A DNA stretch of 64,000 nucleotides from Anolis carolinensis (taxonomy: Eukaryota): positions 179,537,574 to 179,601,573 of the forward strand of contig NC_085841.1 of NCBI RefSeq assembly GCF_035594765.1. The letters run 5' to 3'. Below, one piece after another: positions 52,320-64,000 of the stretch. The position numbers were made by a program, and so were the translations under genes. Under the pieces are notes generated by a model. That model was not told where the DNA came from. It saw nothing but the letters and a program-made list of their open reading frames with translations, and searched no databases. Every line of letters begins with the position of its first letter. Within the stretch, counting starts at the first letter, position 1.

Positions 52320-54091
52320 ATGAGTGAACTTAAAATCTATTCAAACAATATAAACGGGTTAAATTCGACAATAAAAAGAAATAAAGTATTTAATGAGCTA
52401 AAGAAAAAAAGATACCAGGTTATTGCACTCCAAGAAACCCACATAACCCAAAAACATGTTAAATACCTAGAGGAAAAAAAATTGGGACAATGCTTCTATG
52501 CTTCGGCATTGGAAAAAAAGGGGGGTAGTGATGTATATAGAAGGGAGAATACCAGCAAAATTAGCCTTCAAGGACGACGAGGGCAGATTTGTAGGGGTAA
52601 AAATAACAATCCAGGGAATAGATATACTAATATGTAACATATATGCACCTAATGGAGCAAAGTCAGCTTTCATAGAAAAACTAAAGAGTAATATTAGTGA
52701 TCAAGAATATGAACATCTAATAATAATAGGAGACTTTAACGGTGTGATAGAGGGGGAAATAGATAGGAGTAAAGCAGCGAATAAAGGGAAAAGCAAAAAT
52801 AATATAGGAAATCTACCAAAAACAATGATAAACATGATGAAGGAATTAAACATTCAAGATAGTTGGAGAATAAAAAAATGAAGGAGTAAGGGATTTTACT
52901 TTTTTCTCGACCAGACACCAAAGCTGGTTGAGAATCGACATGGCATGGGTGTCAAAATCACTAATGCCAAAATTTAGAAAAATAGATATATTGCCAAGAT
53001 TGGATTCGGACCATTGCCCATTAGAAATAGAGATATTTTATATATATAAAAAAGAATGGAAATGGAGGCTAGATGAAAATTTACTGAAGAAAGAGGAAGA
53101 CATTGAAAGAATAAGGAAAACAATACAAGAATACTTTGAGATCAATGACACAACAGAGATAGACCTATTTACACTATGGGAAGCAAGCAAAGTGGTAGTG
53201 AGAGGGAGATTTATCCAACAAAAAGCAATTAAAAAGATGGCATAGCTGGCCAAAATACAAAGAATTATTAGTAAAAAGAAATGGAGAATGGGAAATGAGG
53301 CCTCAACAGGAGATGAGAGAAATAAATAAAAATATTTCCTGGTACCAAATATGGCAGATAAAAGAACATTTTAAGATAGATAAACAATTAGGATTTGAGG
53401 AGCAAAATATATTTTGGGAAAAAATAATACGAACAGATAGGAAAATAATAACCAAAATTTATAAAAAATTAATAGAATGGGAAACGGAAGAAGAGAAAGA
53501 AAAACCATATATGATTAGGTGGAATGAAAATATAGGCAGGAAGATTAGGAAAGAAGAATGGGAAGAAATTTGGAGGAAAAAATTGAAATATAATTATGCA
53601 ACAGATTTAAAGGAGAATTGGATTAAGATGGCCTATAGATGGCATATGACACCACAAAAACTAGGAAAATGTTATAAAAATGTAAAAAAAATTGCTGGAA
53701 ATGTGAGAAGATTGAGGGTACATATTATCATATGTGGTGGGGATGCGAAAAAGCAAAGACCTATTGGAAGAAAATTAGGGGAGACATGGAAAATATATTA
53801 GAGGTAAAATTACCAATGAAACCGGAACTATGGTTATTAGGAATAACTGAACAAAAATTAGAAACAAACAAAGACAAATTATTATTCCTGCTAACGACGG
53901 CAGCAAGGATTTGCTACGCGAGGGTATGGAAAAATCCCGAAATACCTAAAGAAGAAGATTGGCTGAAAAAAATACAAGATATAAAAAATATGGATAGGCT
54001 TACTTTCCTCTTATCAAAAAATAAGGGAAATCCGATAAAAGAAACAAATTGGGATAATGTAACAAAATACCTAGAAAGAAAGATAAAATAA
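52320..54091 (+). pseudogene. Disrupted L1 ORF2 (endonuclease fused to C-terminal region; frameshifts; RT missing)
   Basis: APE motifs NNINGLN, LQETH, NIYAPN, GDFN, RID and SDHCP lie across 3 frames. WRLDENLL and LWEASK follow, then a jump at ~53240 to C-terminal YRWHMTP / CWKC..HMWWGC / TAARICYARVWK. No [YF]ADD motif is present. Confidence 0.88.
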
Positions 54092-54915
54092 TCAAGACAA
54101 ATATATATATATAAAAAATAACAACAAAACAGCAAGAGTATAGAATGAAAATGGAAAAATAGGTTATATAAAAGAAAAGAAATAAGTAAATAAATAAACA
54201 AGTAAAACATATATGATATAAATAGAATGAGTGATTAAACAAATAAATGAATAAAAAATAAAAATAATATAAGAAACAAAGGAAAATAGGTCCAAACAAA
54301 CTTAAGAAGAAAAATATTAAAAAACAGAGGAGGTAAAAAAAGAACTTCCCCCCATCTTGAAAGGAAGAAAGACAGGAAGGAAAAACTCCAGAGTATCAAA
54401 ACAAGGAAAGGAATGAAGAAAGAAAAGGAAGGAAATCTCCATGAAGATGCTCGGAAGTCAAACATTTTAATCTCTTTTTCTTTTCTTTTTTTTCATATAT
54501 TTTCCTTTTTTTTTCTTTTCTTTTCCTCTCTTCTCTTTTCTCTCTCTATCCTTTTCTTCCCTTTCTTCTATAATCAATCATGTTTATTATCTTTTATCTA
54601 TATTTTAATATGCTAATGGAAAACTCAATAAAGATTATTTTTTTTAAAAAAAAGAATAGAATAGGTTAGATAAGTTTCCCTCAGAATTAATATCCATGAA
54701 TATTAGTTCATTTTTATTTATACAGCTATCCTCCCCCTACCAAGTCCCCTTTTACTCACTCTCCAATTAAGTCTTCCTTCTCCTCACATTGAGTTTCTTA
54801 TCTCCCCCACCCCAGTAAGCTACCATTTCCTTCTTCCTATCATATTCATTCTTCTTATTTCAGAGATCATTAACAGTTTTTGTTTATTTTTGGTAACCTT
54901 TTCTGTTTGCACTTA

Positions 54916-55249
54916 CTACCTCATCAGATGGGCCGATTTGCCCGTCGTACACTGCTTCCCCTCAGAATGGAGCCTTTCACACAGCGTACAGGCACTTCTG
55001 GTTAGATTCCGTGCTGAAAAGTGAGCGAAATCGGGACACACCGCTAGTGCAGCAACATGGGAAACATCCTGTATTGCTTTCCCAGAAATGGGGGGAAGCT
55101 GGGCAGTGACACTTCCCCCCATGGGATGAGGGGCAGGGTAAGGCGGCCGATGTGGGGCGTGGAGTGACAGCTTCTCCACATCCCCCACCGAGAGCCCATG
55201 GATTCACCACTGTGAGGGGTGAATCCGTAGGTCCTTCTTGATGAGGTCC
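54916..55249. mobile_element. PIF/Harbinger-type MITE
   Basis: TTA|CTACCTCATCAG..TTGATGAGGTCC|TTA; internally similar to the 43571 copy and to ~11050-11369. Confidence 0.8.
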
Positions 55250-55276
55250 TTATACAGTACTCTGTAATTTTCTATA

Positions 55277-55368
55277 CAGGCAGTCCTCAAGTTACAAACA
55301 AGATTGGTCCTGTAGGTTTGTTCTTAAGCTAAATTTGTATGTAAGTTGGAATAGGTACATTTTATAAC

Positions 55369-55425
<57 letters not shown>

Positions 55426-55775
55426 ACATACATACATACATACATACACACACACACTGTGTAGCATAGGGAAGGGTTAACACCCCTGTCATGTTTGCTT
55501 TGCTGTCAGTGAGATTCCACCTCACTTTCTGTCCCTGTAATAATTGGATTTTGAAAAATGTGCCTTGTTGTGGAAACAAGGACTGGTGATAAAGCTTCAG
55601 TGGAGACACCTTTTCCCCATGATAACCCTTCTAGGAGTGAATTTCCCCTCCTGGGTTGAATTTCTCTCACTTCTTGTTGCCCCACCCTTAATAACTATAA
55701 TAACTTAATAACTTTTAATACTTAGTAACTATAAGTAATTTGTAATTCTGATGTTTGTAACTCGGGGACTGCCTT
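55277..55775. mobile_element. Tc1/mariner-type MITE containing (TCTA)n(TACA)n
   Basis: TA|CAGGCAGTCCTCAAGTTACAAACA..TGTTTGTAACTCGGGGACTGCCTT|TA. Confidence 0.8.
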
Positions 55776-56534
55776 TATCAGACATCATTTTATTCTATCC
55801 TTTTTCATACTAAAATCAAACCCCTCTGCACCAAGCAGAGAGGCATATGCTATACCTGGAGGCAGGCAGGGATATAGCTATGCAATCATTCATCCAGAAG
55901 CATCTCTAATCTATGGCTTCAGACAACATGTTCTGTGGGCCATGTAATTGCTATGCCAATTGTGCCAAGGCCACAGAGAGCAGCATGTAGAAGGCCACTA
56001 GTTGATTCCCCATAGTTTTGCTGCATGTACACTGCATTCATCAATGGATAACGTCTCTATGTGCAACACTACCTTCCTAATGTCTCCCCTCATGTCAGCC
56101 AATTATGGGATGAAAATTACACATAACAAGCCTTATGCACCTAGTTAAGTCTAATTTGTCAGAGCAGCTGATGGTATGACAGAAACTCAACCTTTGTGTG
56201 TCTCAGCTTGCTGTCACTACTTCCACATCAGATGAGGGAAAGAAGCTAGGAGTCCTCTCTATGTTACTTGTCAGTGTAGAGGATGTTACTGTAGAAGCAG
56301 TGCATTTTTTTTTATCTGCAACTTCCCTATGTACATTTGTCTGCAGGATAAAGCACATTCAGTTCTGGTATTTGCCTGTGTGTCCTTTTGTTTTGCATGC
56401 CCTCCAGTTGAACAGGGAAAATTTCAAACAGAACAGATGCATTTATAATTTCCATACAGTGTTCTGTCTGCAACTGATGCATGAGTGTGGTAGTTCTACA
56501 GTGAGAACACAGTGCAACACAAAGTATTGATTTT

Positions 56535-57049
56535 TGAAAGGATGTCATATTGAGGAGGGAGAAAGCTTCTTTTTTGCTGCTCCAGTGACTTAGTGCTTTT
56601 ACACTGAAAAATTAATGCAGTTCCACATGGCTATGCCTCAGTGATATGGAATCATGAGAGTTTAGTTTTTACAGTCTTTAGACTTTTCTGCCAAAGAGTG
56701 CTGGTGCCTCACAAAATTACAAATCCCAGGATTTTATAGCATTGAGCCATGGCAATTAAAGTGATGTCAAATTGTGTTAATTATACAGTGTAAATGCACC
56801 CTTAGGCATGGAGCAACTGCTTCAAATTGCAGAAGAGATTCCATCTGAACATTAGGAAGAATTTTCCTGATGGTAAGAACTGTTTGGCAGCAGAATATGC
56901 TTCTGCCTGGGAGTTTGGTAAAGTTTCCTGCTCTGGAGGTTTTTAAAATAGAGGCTGGGTGGCCATCTGTCAGGAGTACTTTGATTGTGAATTCCTGTAT
57001 GGCAGAATGGGGCTAGCCCTTGTAATCTCTACCAGTTCAATGATTCTAC
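56535..57049 (+). mobile_element. CR1 LINE 3' end interrupted by a MITE (~56591-56802)
   Basis: GAGATTCCATCTGAACATTAGGAAGAATTT..CTGGAGGTTTTTAAA..GAGGCTGGGTGGCCATCTGTC..ATGATTCTA, a typical CR1 terminus. Confidence 0.78.
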
Positions 57050-57205
57050 GGCCCCATCTTCCATATAATGCAGTTTCAGAATGCAGATTAATTGTATTGA
57101 ACTGGATTATATGGCAGTGAAGATTCATAATCCAGTTCAGTTCAGTTAAATCTGCATTATATAAGTCTACATTGATCATTATAATCCAGTTTAAATTGCA
57201 TTATA

Positions 57206-57915
57206 CAATGGAACTTCTACTTAAGAGCATCCCAATTTAAGAGTGTTTTGAGTTGAGAACTGTCGTTCAGGCCATGTTTCTCCTTGACATACAAGCAGTG
57301 TTTTGAGTTAAGAGTAAGCACCAAAGGAAGCTATAAGCTACACTTTGACTTACACTCAGTGTTTTGAGTTAAGAGCTAGCACCAGAGGAGTGCTATTGCT
57401 AGAGAGGGGCACTAGCGCGAGAGTACAGGGTTTTAGGGCTCCAAGCAAGCAGCCTCTGTGCCTCGTGCTCTTTTTCACTTTGGGAGATTGCTGTTTGCTT
57501 TGCTCTTATCCACTTTGAGGAACTTTGGGTTACTTTATTTTAAGTGTTTATTCCTGGTATATTTGACTTCATGAAGAGAGAGAGCAAGAGAGGGCTGGAA
57601 TGAGTACAGTATGAAGAAAATGATGCTTCTGCCTCATCTCTTTGTACCTTGTGCTTCCTTGCCACAACTTTGTGCTTCTACCATTTTAAAGTAGATCTTT
57701 CTTTTTTATTGTTACATGTGAATGTGCATTTATACATTATTTGTTATTCATAAAGTACATTTTCCTATTTAAGAACATGTAACAAACATGGGGGGTTCTG
57801 GGGGCTAGAGCAAATTAATAGCATTTCAATTGGAAAATTCACTTTGAGATAAGAACAATTTGAGTGAAGAACTCAGTCACAGAATGAATTAAACTCTTAA
57901 GTCAAGATATAACTG
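57206..57915. mobile_element. Tigger-like MITE nested in a Harbinger-type MITE
   Basis: TA|CAATGGAACTTCTACTTAAGAG..CTCTTAAGTCAAGATATAACTG|TA; internal GTTTTGAGTT[A/G]AGA repeats. Confidence 0.65.
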
Positions 57916-58448
57916 TATGGCAGTATAGATGGGGCCTATGATGTTATGCTTGCATTAGGATTCCCTTTGGTCTATTGCTCAAGCTCCGAAAAAATATGGA
58001 AGTCAAAAAGGGACTCTGCACTTGTGCACTCTTAGGGCAATAACTATAATAAAAGGTAAGAAACAGGTATTAAGGGCCCACAGCCATAGCAAGTATAAAA
58101 TCCTACTTCTCTAGTTGTGAGTGTTGTTTTCTTCAAGTAGCTTCTGACCTAAGGCAATTGGCAACCCTAAGGGGTCCCAGTTAAGGAATTTTCTTGGTAA
58201 GGTTTTTTCACAGCTTGTCATTGCCTTCCTCTGAGGTGAATATGACTTGCCCAAGGTTATGCTAAGCAGGGATTGGAACCCTGGTCTCTCAGGCCCCTTC
58301 CATACTGATCCCAAATTATCTTCTTATCCCAGATTAGCTGGCAGTGGAGACTCATATCATCCAGTTTAAAGCAGATAGTCTGGAATCACATCCTGGGATA
58401 TACAGCCGTGTAGAAGAGCCCTCAGAAAACTAGTACAACACTTAAACC

Positions 58449-58449
<1 letters not shown>

Positions 58450-58503
<54 letters not shown>

Positions 58504-58948
58504 CTTTATTTATACCCCGCCACCATCTCCCCAACGGGGACTCGGGGCGGCTTACATGGGGCCACGCCCAAAACAATACAATGTAAACAGCATATAAAAG
58601 AACAGCAGAACACAATACAATAAACAATACAGTAAATAATATCCATTACAAAATAAAACAAGGAGACAATAAAAACAAGGGCAGACCACATGAACATTAA
58701 GTTAAAACTCGGGGTGAGAAAGACATAAAAATAAAACTACAGCGAACAGGGTCATAAGGGAGTGGGGTATTCTGGAGGATAGATATTAGGGGGAGTAACG
58801 GGAAAGAAATATAAAATGGTTACTCTCCAAAAGCGCAGCGAAAGAGCCATGTTTTCAAGTCTTTCTTGAAGGCTGCTAGTGTGGGGGCTTGCCTAATCTC
58901 CGCGGGCAGAGAATTCCACAATCGGGGGGCCACAGCAGAAAAGGCCCT
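58450..58948 (-). mobile_element. L2-type LINE 3' end with (TAA)n tail
   Basis: Reverse strand reads ..FKKDLKTWLFRCAF*, then a GCCGCCCCGAGTCCCC stem and tail. Confidence 0.8.
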
Positions 58949-58953
58949 TACAT

Positions 58954-59093
58954 CAGTGGTTCTCAACCTGGGGTCTCCAGATGTTTTTTTGCCTACAACT
59001 CCCAGAAATTGTAGCCAGTTAGTTTACCAGCTGTTAGGATTTCTGAGAGTTGAAGGCCAAAAACATCTGGGGACTCCAGGTTGAGAACCACTG
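58954..59093. mobile_element. ~140-bp hAT MITE
   Basis: TIR CAGTGGTTCTCAACCTGG; TSD CCTTACAT/CTTTACAT. Confidence 0.86.
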
Positions 59094-60358
59094 CTTTACA
59101 TGATACTGGCTCTTTCCACAGTTGGGGAATGGAAGATTTCCCCTCACAACAAACTCAGTCTCATTTGTCACTACTAAATAGCATTGTTGCTGTTGTGAAT
59201 GATAGCACATTATCAGTCATCAAATAGCCAGAATTCAAACAATCGGAAGGATCTGGCAGTTTTGCAGACAATAGTTTCTTTAGGACAACAGCATATGGTA
59301 GCTCATCTGTGCTCTATTGTCTGTGAATGCAATACTCACAACACAAACCTTGCTTTAATCAATACATGAAACAGATTTAACTCAGAGAACAAGCCTGTGC
59401 ACATTCCAAGTGGCAGTGTTTAGCCTTCCTTGCTTGAATAGAAATATCTTTATATAAAAATTGATCTCCAAAACTGGCTCATAGGTTTACACATTTGCAC
59501 CACTATATCTGCCATCAACAACATCCTGTTTCCCCAGTGCTGTTTATAACATTGTGCATCTTTACCTAAGGTTGGACCCTCCTACTTTACTCTGTTTCAA
59601 TGGGTATAAAGACTGCTGCTAGTAATATTTTTTATTATAAATCGCTACATTTTAGCGAGCATTTAAATAATCACACATAATTCTCCTGTTGATTTTGGTA
59701 TGAAACATGAATTCTGTGTATATCTATTTGTAGGTAAATACACTTAAATGGTCATGAAAGTGTCTATATTTTGCAACATACACACAAGCATGTATAAGAT
59801 GTAAATGCAGTGACTGTAGATTCTAGCATCCCAGATTGTACCAGGGCACAGAAGTAACTATTTGCAATTAATTCTTTTTCTCAGGCAGGACAATTATGAC
59901 CTGTTGATGGATAAAATTCATTCCTTTTGTGCTGCAACTTTTTACTTGTTTTTGTGTGCCTTCGAGTAATTTCCAAATTATGGAAACCCTAAGATATTCC
60001 CATCATGGGGTTTTCTTGGCAAGGTTTGTTCGGAGGGTGTTGCCACTGCCTTCCTCTGAGGCAAAGAGAGCATGACTTGGCCAAAGTCAGTCAATGGGTT
60101 TCCATGATCAAGTGAGGCCCCATCTACACTGCCATATAATCCAGTTTCTGATCCCAGATTATCTGCTTTGAACTGGATTATATGGCAGTGTAGACTGATA
60201 TAACCCAATTCAAAGCAGATAATCTGGGATCAGATATTAAATTATATGACAGTGGAGATCCCGCCTGGAATTCAGACCCTTATCTGTAGAGATGTAGTCC
60301 AATTCACCATGCTGGCTGGTGTAACTTTTTTTTACTTACTTTTATGGCAAGGGGTACA

Positions 60359-61509
60359 TAATAAAATAATAATAATAAAACTTTATTTATACCCCGCCAC
60401 CATCTCCCCAATGGGGACTCGGGGCGGCTTACATGGGGCCATGCCCAGAACAATACAATATCACAAAATATAAAATAACAACACATCATAACACATTAAA
60501 CAATACAATAGATAATAATATACATTACAACGCAAAATCAGATAAGCATAAAAACAAGGGCGGGCCACATGAACACTAAGTTAAAACTCGGGGTGAGAAA
60601 GGAATAAGAATAAAAACCATAAAGAACAGGGTCATAAGATAGTGGTACAGTCTAGAGCAGGGGTCCCCAAACTAAGGCCCGGGGGGCGGATGCGGCCCTC
60701 CAAGGTCATTTACCTGGCCCCCGCCCTCAGTTTTATAATATAATATTTTTATATCAGTTTTAATAATATAATATAGTGTACATACATATAATATTGATAA
60801 TAATCTTATGTTATACAATATGATACTAATAGTAATACCATATAATAATATTAATTGTATGTTATATATTACATATTATAGAATAGCATAGTGGTATAGT
60901 TCAATACAGTAATATATAATGCTAATATTGTGTTATGCTAATAATATAATATATTGTATGTACATACAGCTGCTCTGAGTCCCCTTCGGGGTGGGATATA
61001 AATGTAGTAAATAAATGCAGTAAATAAATAATTAATTTTAGACTTAGGCTTGGCCAAAGTCTGACATGACTTGAAGGCACACAACAACAACAACAATCCT
61101 AATTAACTTGACTATCTCATTGGCCAGTAGCAGGCCCACACTTTCCATTGAAATCCTAATAGGTTTATGTAGGTTAAATTGTTTTCATTTTTAAATATTG
61201 TATTGTTCTTCTGCTGTTGTTGTTGTTGCACTACAAATAAGACATGTGCAGTATGCATAGGAATTTGTTTGTATTTTTTTTCAAATGATAATTTGGCCCC
61301 TCAACAGTCTGAAGGATTATGGACCGGCCCTCTGCTTAAAAAGTTTGGGGACCCCTGGTCTAGAGGATAGATATTGGGGGGGGAGCAACATAAAAGAAGT
61401 ATATGGTAGTTACTCTCCAAAAGCACAACGGAAGAGCCATGTTTTCAAGTCTTTCTTGAAGGCTAGTAATGTGGGAGCTTGCCTAATCTCAATGGGCAGT
61501 GAGTTCCAC
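60359..61509 (-). mobile_element. L2-type LINE 3' end (same subfamily as 58450) split by a hAT
   Basis: Colinear with 58490-58920 once 60658-61365 is removed. Confidence 0.8.
60658..61357 (-). mobile_element. Non-autonomous hAT (same family, inverted) inserted in an L2 3' end
   Basis: TIRs CAGGGGTCCCCAAACT / AGTTTGGGGACCCCTG; perfect 8-bp TSD GTCTAGAG. Confidence 0.88.
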
Positions 61510-62206
61510 TTCCATACATCTCAATGTGTGCCTTGTGCTCTCTGAAGAGTGTTCATTTAGTGATCTTGCAAATGTAAAAAAAAAAGAAGAAGATATTTTG
61601 TACTACAGTCAAGAGGCTCATGGCATCCAGCTCATTTTAAATGTGACTCACAATAATTATTTTTAGTTATTTTTGAGAAATGAGAGTTACCTTTAAAATT
61701 GTAACTGCAGCAGTAACTATCTATTTGAGACCTCTAATTAATGAATGGCCTAAAATATAACTTTCCAAGGTCTACATTGTCCCATGCCTATCTAATGTAA
61801 TGATGGCATTTCATTGCCACAATTGTCTATCTTAAATTTGTGAATTCAGAAAAAGAAGAAATCATGGCAATGTGAGTCTGTTAATCTCTGGTTTACTTTA
61901 GGCCACAAGCTCAACTTTCCAAAACAAAGAATTATCCCATGGTAGCAACTTTAGATTGCTTTATAGCATAATCCTATGCATGTTTATTCAGAAGTAAAGA
62001 ACATTAATTTGAGTTCATATGTGCACAGAGGCATTTAGCTGTGTATTGTTGATGGTGGTCGTGCCTCCATTATCCCCATCACCACTTTCAGAGACCATCA
62101 TTGATATCAAGGCTCATAACAAAGTAATGGCAAAGTGTATTAGCAGACTTATACTCTTTTTTGTCAAATTCTTTGACAAATTACTGCCATTATTCTCTCA
62201 TTTTAG

Positions 62207-62310
62207 GATGAACCAAGCTCTGGGATGGACCCTAATGCTAAGAGGCATCTATGGAAAATCATCACTGAGGAAGTGCAGAACCAATGTTCAGTGATACTTA
62301 CATCACACAG
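62207..62310 (+). CDS. ABCA12: ABCA12 exon (NBD2 Walker B end, D-loop, H-loop)
   Basis: ttttag|GAT..CACAG|gtaaag; [34 protein letters not shown]; 104 nt. Confidence 0.95.
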
Positions 62311-64000
62311 GTAAAGTGCCTGAGCTGATAGGTAGCACTATAAGTAAGCCAAGTTACTTATTAGAATTCAATCCTGCACACCACCACTACTAATTTCCTC
62401 CTCCTCCTCTTCCTTTCTTCTTCTTCTTTATATAGCACCGTCATTAGGTATTTTTACTGTACAAGTAAAAGAACAACGAAACATTTCCCTGCCCTCTGTC
62501 TATTTAAACCAATTTATGTTCACTGAAATCAGAATACACTGACATAGTAAACTGAGATTACCACCATGCATTATTCCATTTGAAGTGAATGATGACAAGG
62601 AAAAATGCGGTTGAAATGTTGACAATGCACAGCTCCATACCTTAGCCTAATATCTGCCTGTTCTTGCTAACTATGATGAATATCATGTCAGGTATACTTG
62701 TGGGAAATTACTGGTACCTGTTTCAAATTCAAACTTATTGTATGTTTACACTGCAATTTTTCTTTAAAATCAATACAATTGGCTCTCCACAATTGTGAAT
62801 TTAACCTTTATGGATTTGATTATTTGTGGATTATTTGATGCTGTTACTGCCCTACACCATATTTAATAAGGATTGATGTCTCGCATTGCATTCCCAGACA
62901 CTTTTCAAATCTCACAAGACTGGCAAAGAATGTGTGTGAACATGAAGCAAGGCTTATAATTTCCTATTAACAATGATCTGGGGTAGTAGGGGAGTCTTAT
63001 AATTCCTTAGTAACAACTATCTGGGGTAGCAGGGGAGGTGGTGGCAAGCCTTGGCAGCCACCTGCTTTTGCCTTGTGAGAAAGGTTGGTTGATTTTGTAG
63101 ATTGAGCAATACTTTTGTGTGTGTGTTAAATATGGTTGGTGGAGGACCTTAAGATATTTGTGATTTTCCATGTTCGTTGGGAATGTAACACTAAGCCCTG
63201 AGAATGTGTAGAGGCAATTGTATTCACAGTAGCCAGCAATAAAATATACAAATAAAATATAAAAATATGAGCGTTAACATATTCAGCACAGTGGAACCAA
63301 GAACCACAATATTCTGTTCCATTTGATGCTGATGTTGCTGTCTCTGTAAAATGTCTGTGACGTAACAAAGGGTGCTTCCAGACAGCACCAAAACGCGGGA
63401 TAAAGAAGTGGGTTTTTAAAATGCAGGATCTCAAAGCAGGTCCAAACACAGACCTATTAGTCCCTCATAGCTGTTTATTTTTTAGAAGCAAATTAAGATG
63501 GAGGGTGGATGGGGAACATCCAGCGGAAGTTTTTTAAAAAATCACTCCAGAGATGCTCATATGCTCATAGGAAGTCCAGCACATAATGGAGCAAATTTAC
63601 TTCCAGTGGATCTCTGTCTTCCACAATTATTAATTCAAGCTTTGTTTAACATTACAAAGTGTAAAAGACAGAATTTGAGAGAGTTGTATTTGCTTTCCAC
63701 TTGTGCTTCCCTGAGCCACCTATGTCTCCATGTGACAGATGATCGATCAACTGTTTTGGGCTTTTCAGAAATGCACATGCTCTGGAGAAGTCCACACAGG
63801 AGGGAGGGAAGGAAAGGATGTGTTTTCCATGACTGCTGGGGATACATAGGCATGGAAGGGTGTGTGTTCCTCAGGAAGAATTGGGTTTAAAGGGCAGCTT
63901 TTAAACACATGTTCCAGCTCTTAACCCAATTCTTCCTGATTCCTCTCACACTTTGGCTAAATGTTGTTTAGCCACACACACCCCTTTTAACCCACTTACT

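Larger units (their letters stand above)
49829..54652 (+). mobile_element. L1 (LINE-1) retrotransposon with 5' end intact and ORF2 internally deleted (no RT)
   Basis: 17-bp TSD AGAATAGAATAGGTTAG at 49812-49828 and 54653-54669. Contains a CpG-bearing 5'UTR, ORF1, an APE endonuclease, a Cys-rich C-terminus, AATAAA near 54627 and a short A tail. The sense strand is strongly A-biased. Confidence 0.93.

Noticed and set aside
50044-54616. Many minus-strand F/L/S-rich ORFs
   Set aside because: Antisense shadows of the A/G-rich L1 strand; no evidence for an ORF0-like product.
63848-63890. ATGGAAGGGTGTGTG.. (MEGCVFLRKNWV*) as the next ABCA12 exon (expected MEECEALC..)
   Set aside because: No pyrimidine tract, a stop after 12 codons, poor match, and it lies in MITE-like sequence. 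The true exon must be beyond the window.

Overview
Eukaryotic (vertebrate) genomic DNA, AT-rich and repeat-dense. The repeat content (Sauria-SINE-like, Anolis-SINE2-like, Vingi, R4/Dong, SPIN- and OC1-type hATs) points to a squamate, most likely an Anolis lizard (inference). The whole window lies inside one + strand gene, the keratinocyte lipid transporter ABCA12. I assembled 20 consecutive internal GT-AG exons by hand (2532..62310). They total 2970 nt (990 codons), all phases are compatible and there are no stops. They run from the NBD1 signature through TMD2 to the NBD2 Walker B/H-loop, and the gene start and end lie outside the window. Most of the supplied ORF track is noise. Introns hold many nested transposons. 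The most notable is a 4.8-kb TSD-flanked sense-strand L1 with 5'UTR, ORF1, endonuclease and C-terminus but no reverse transcriptase domain. Also present are a composite hAT family carrying a captured retro-tail, an abundant family of TTA-TSD (PIF/Harbinger-type) MITEs, and two near-perfect ~80-nt hairpins. I found no convincing wholly new biological system. Family names come from recall and were not confirmed by a database search.
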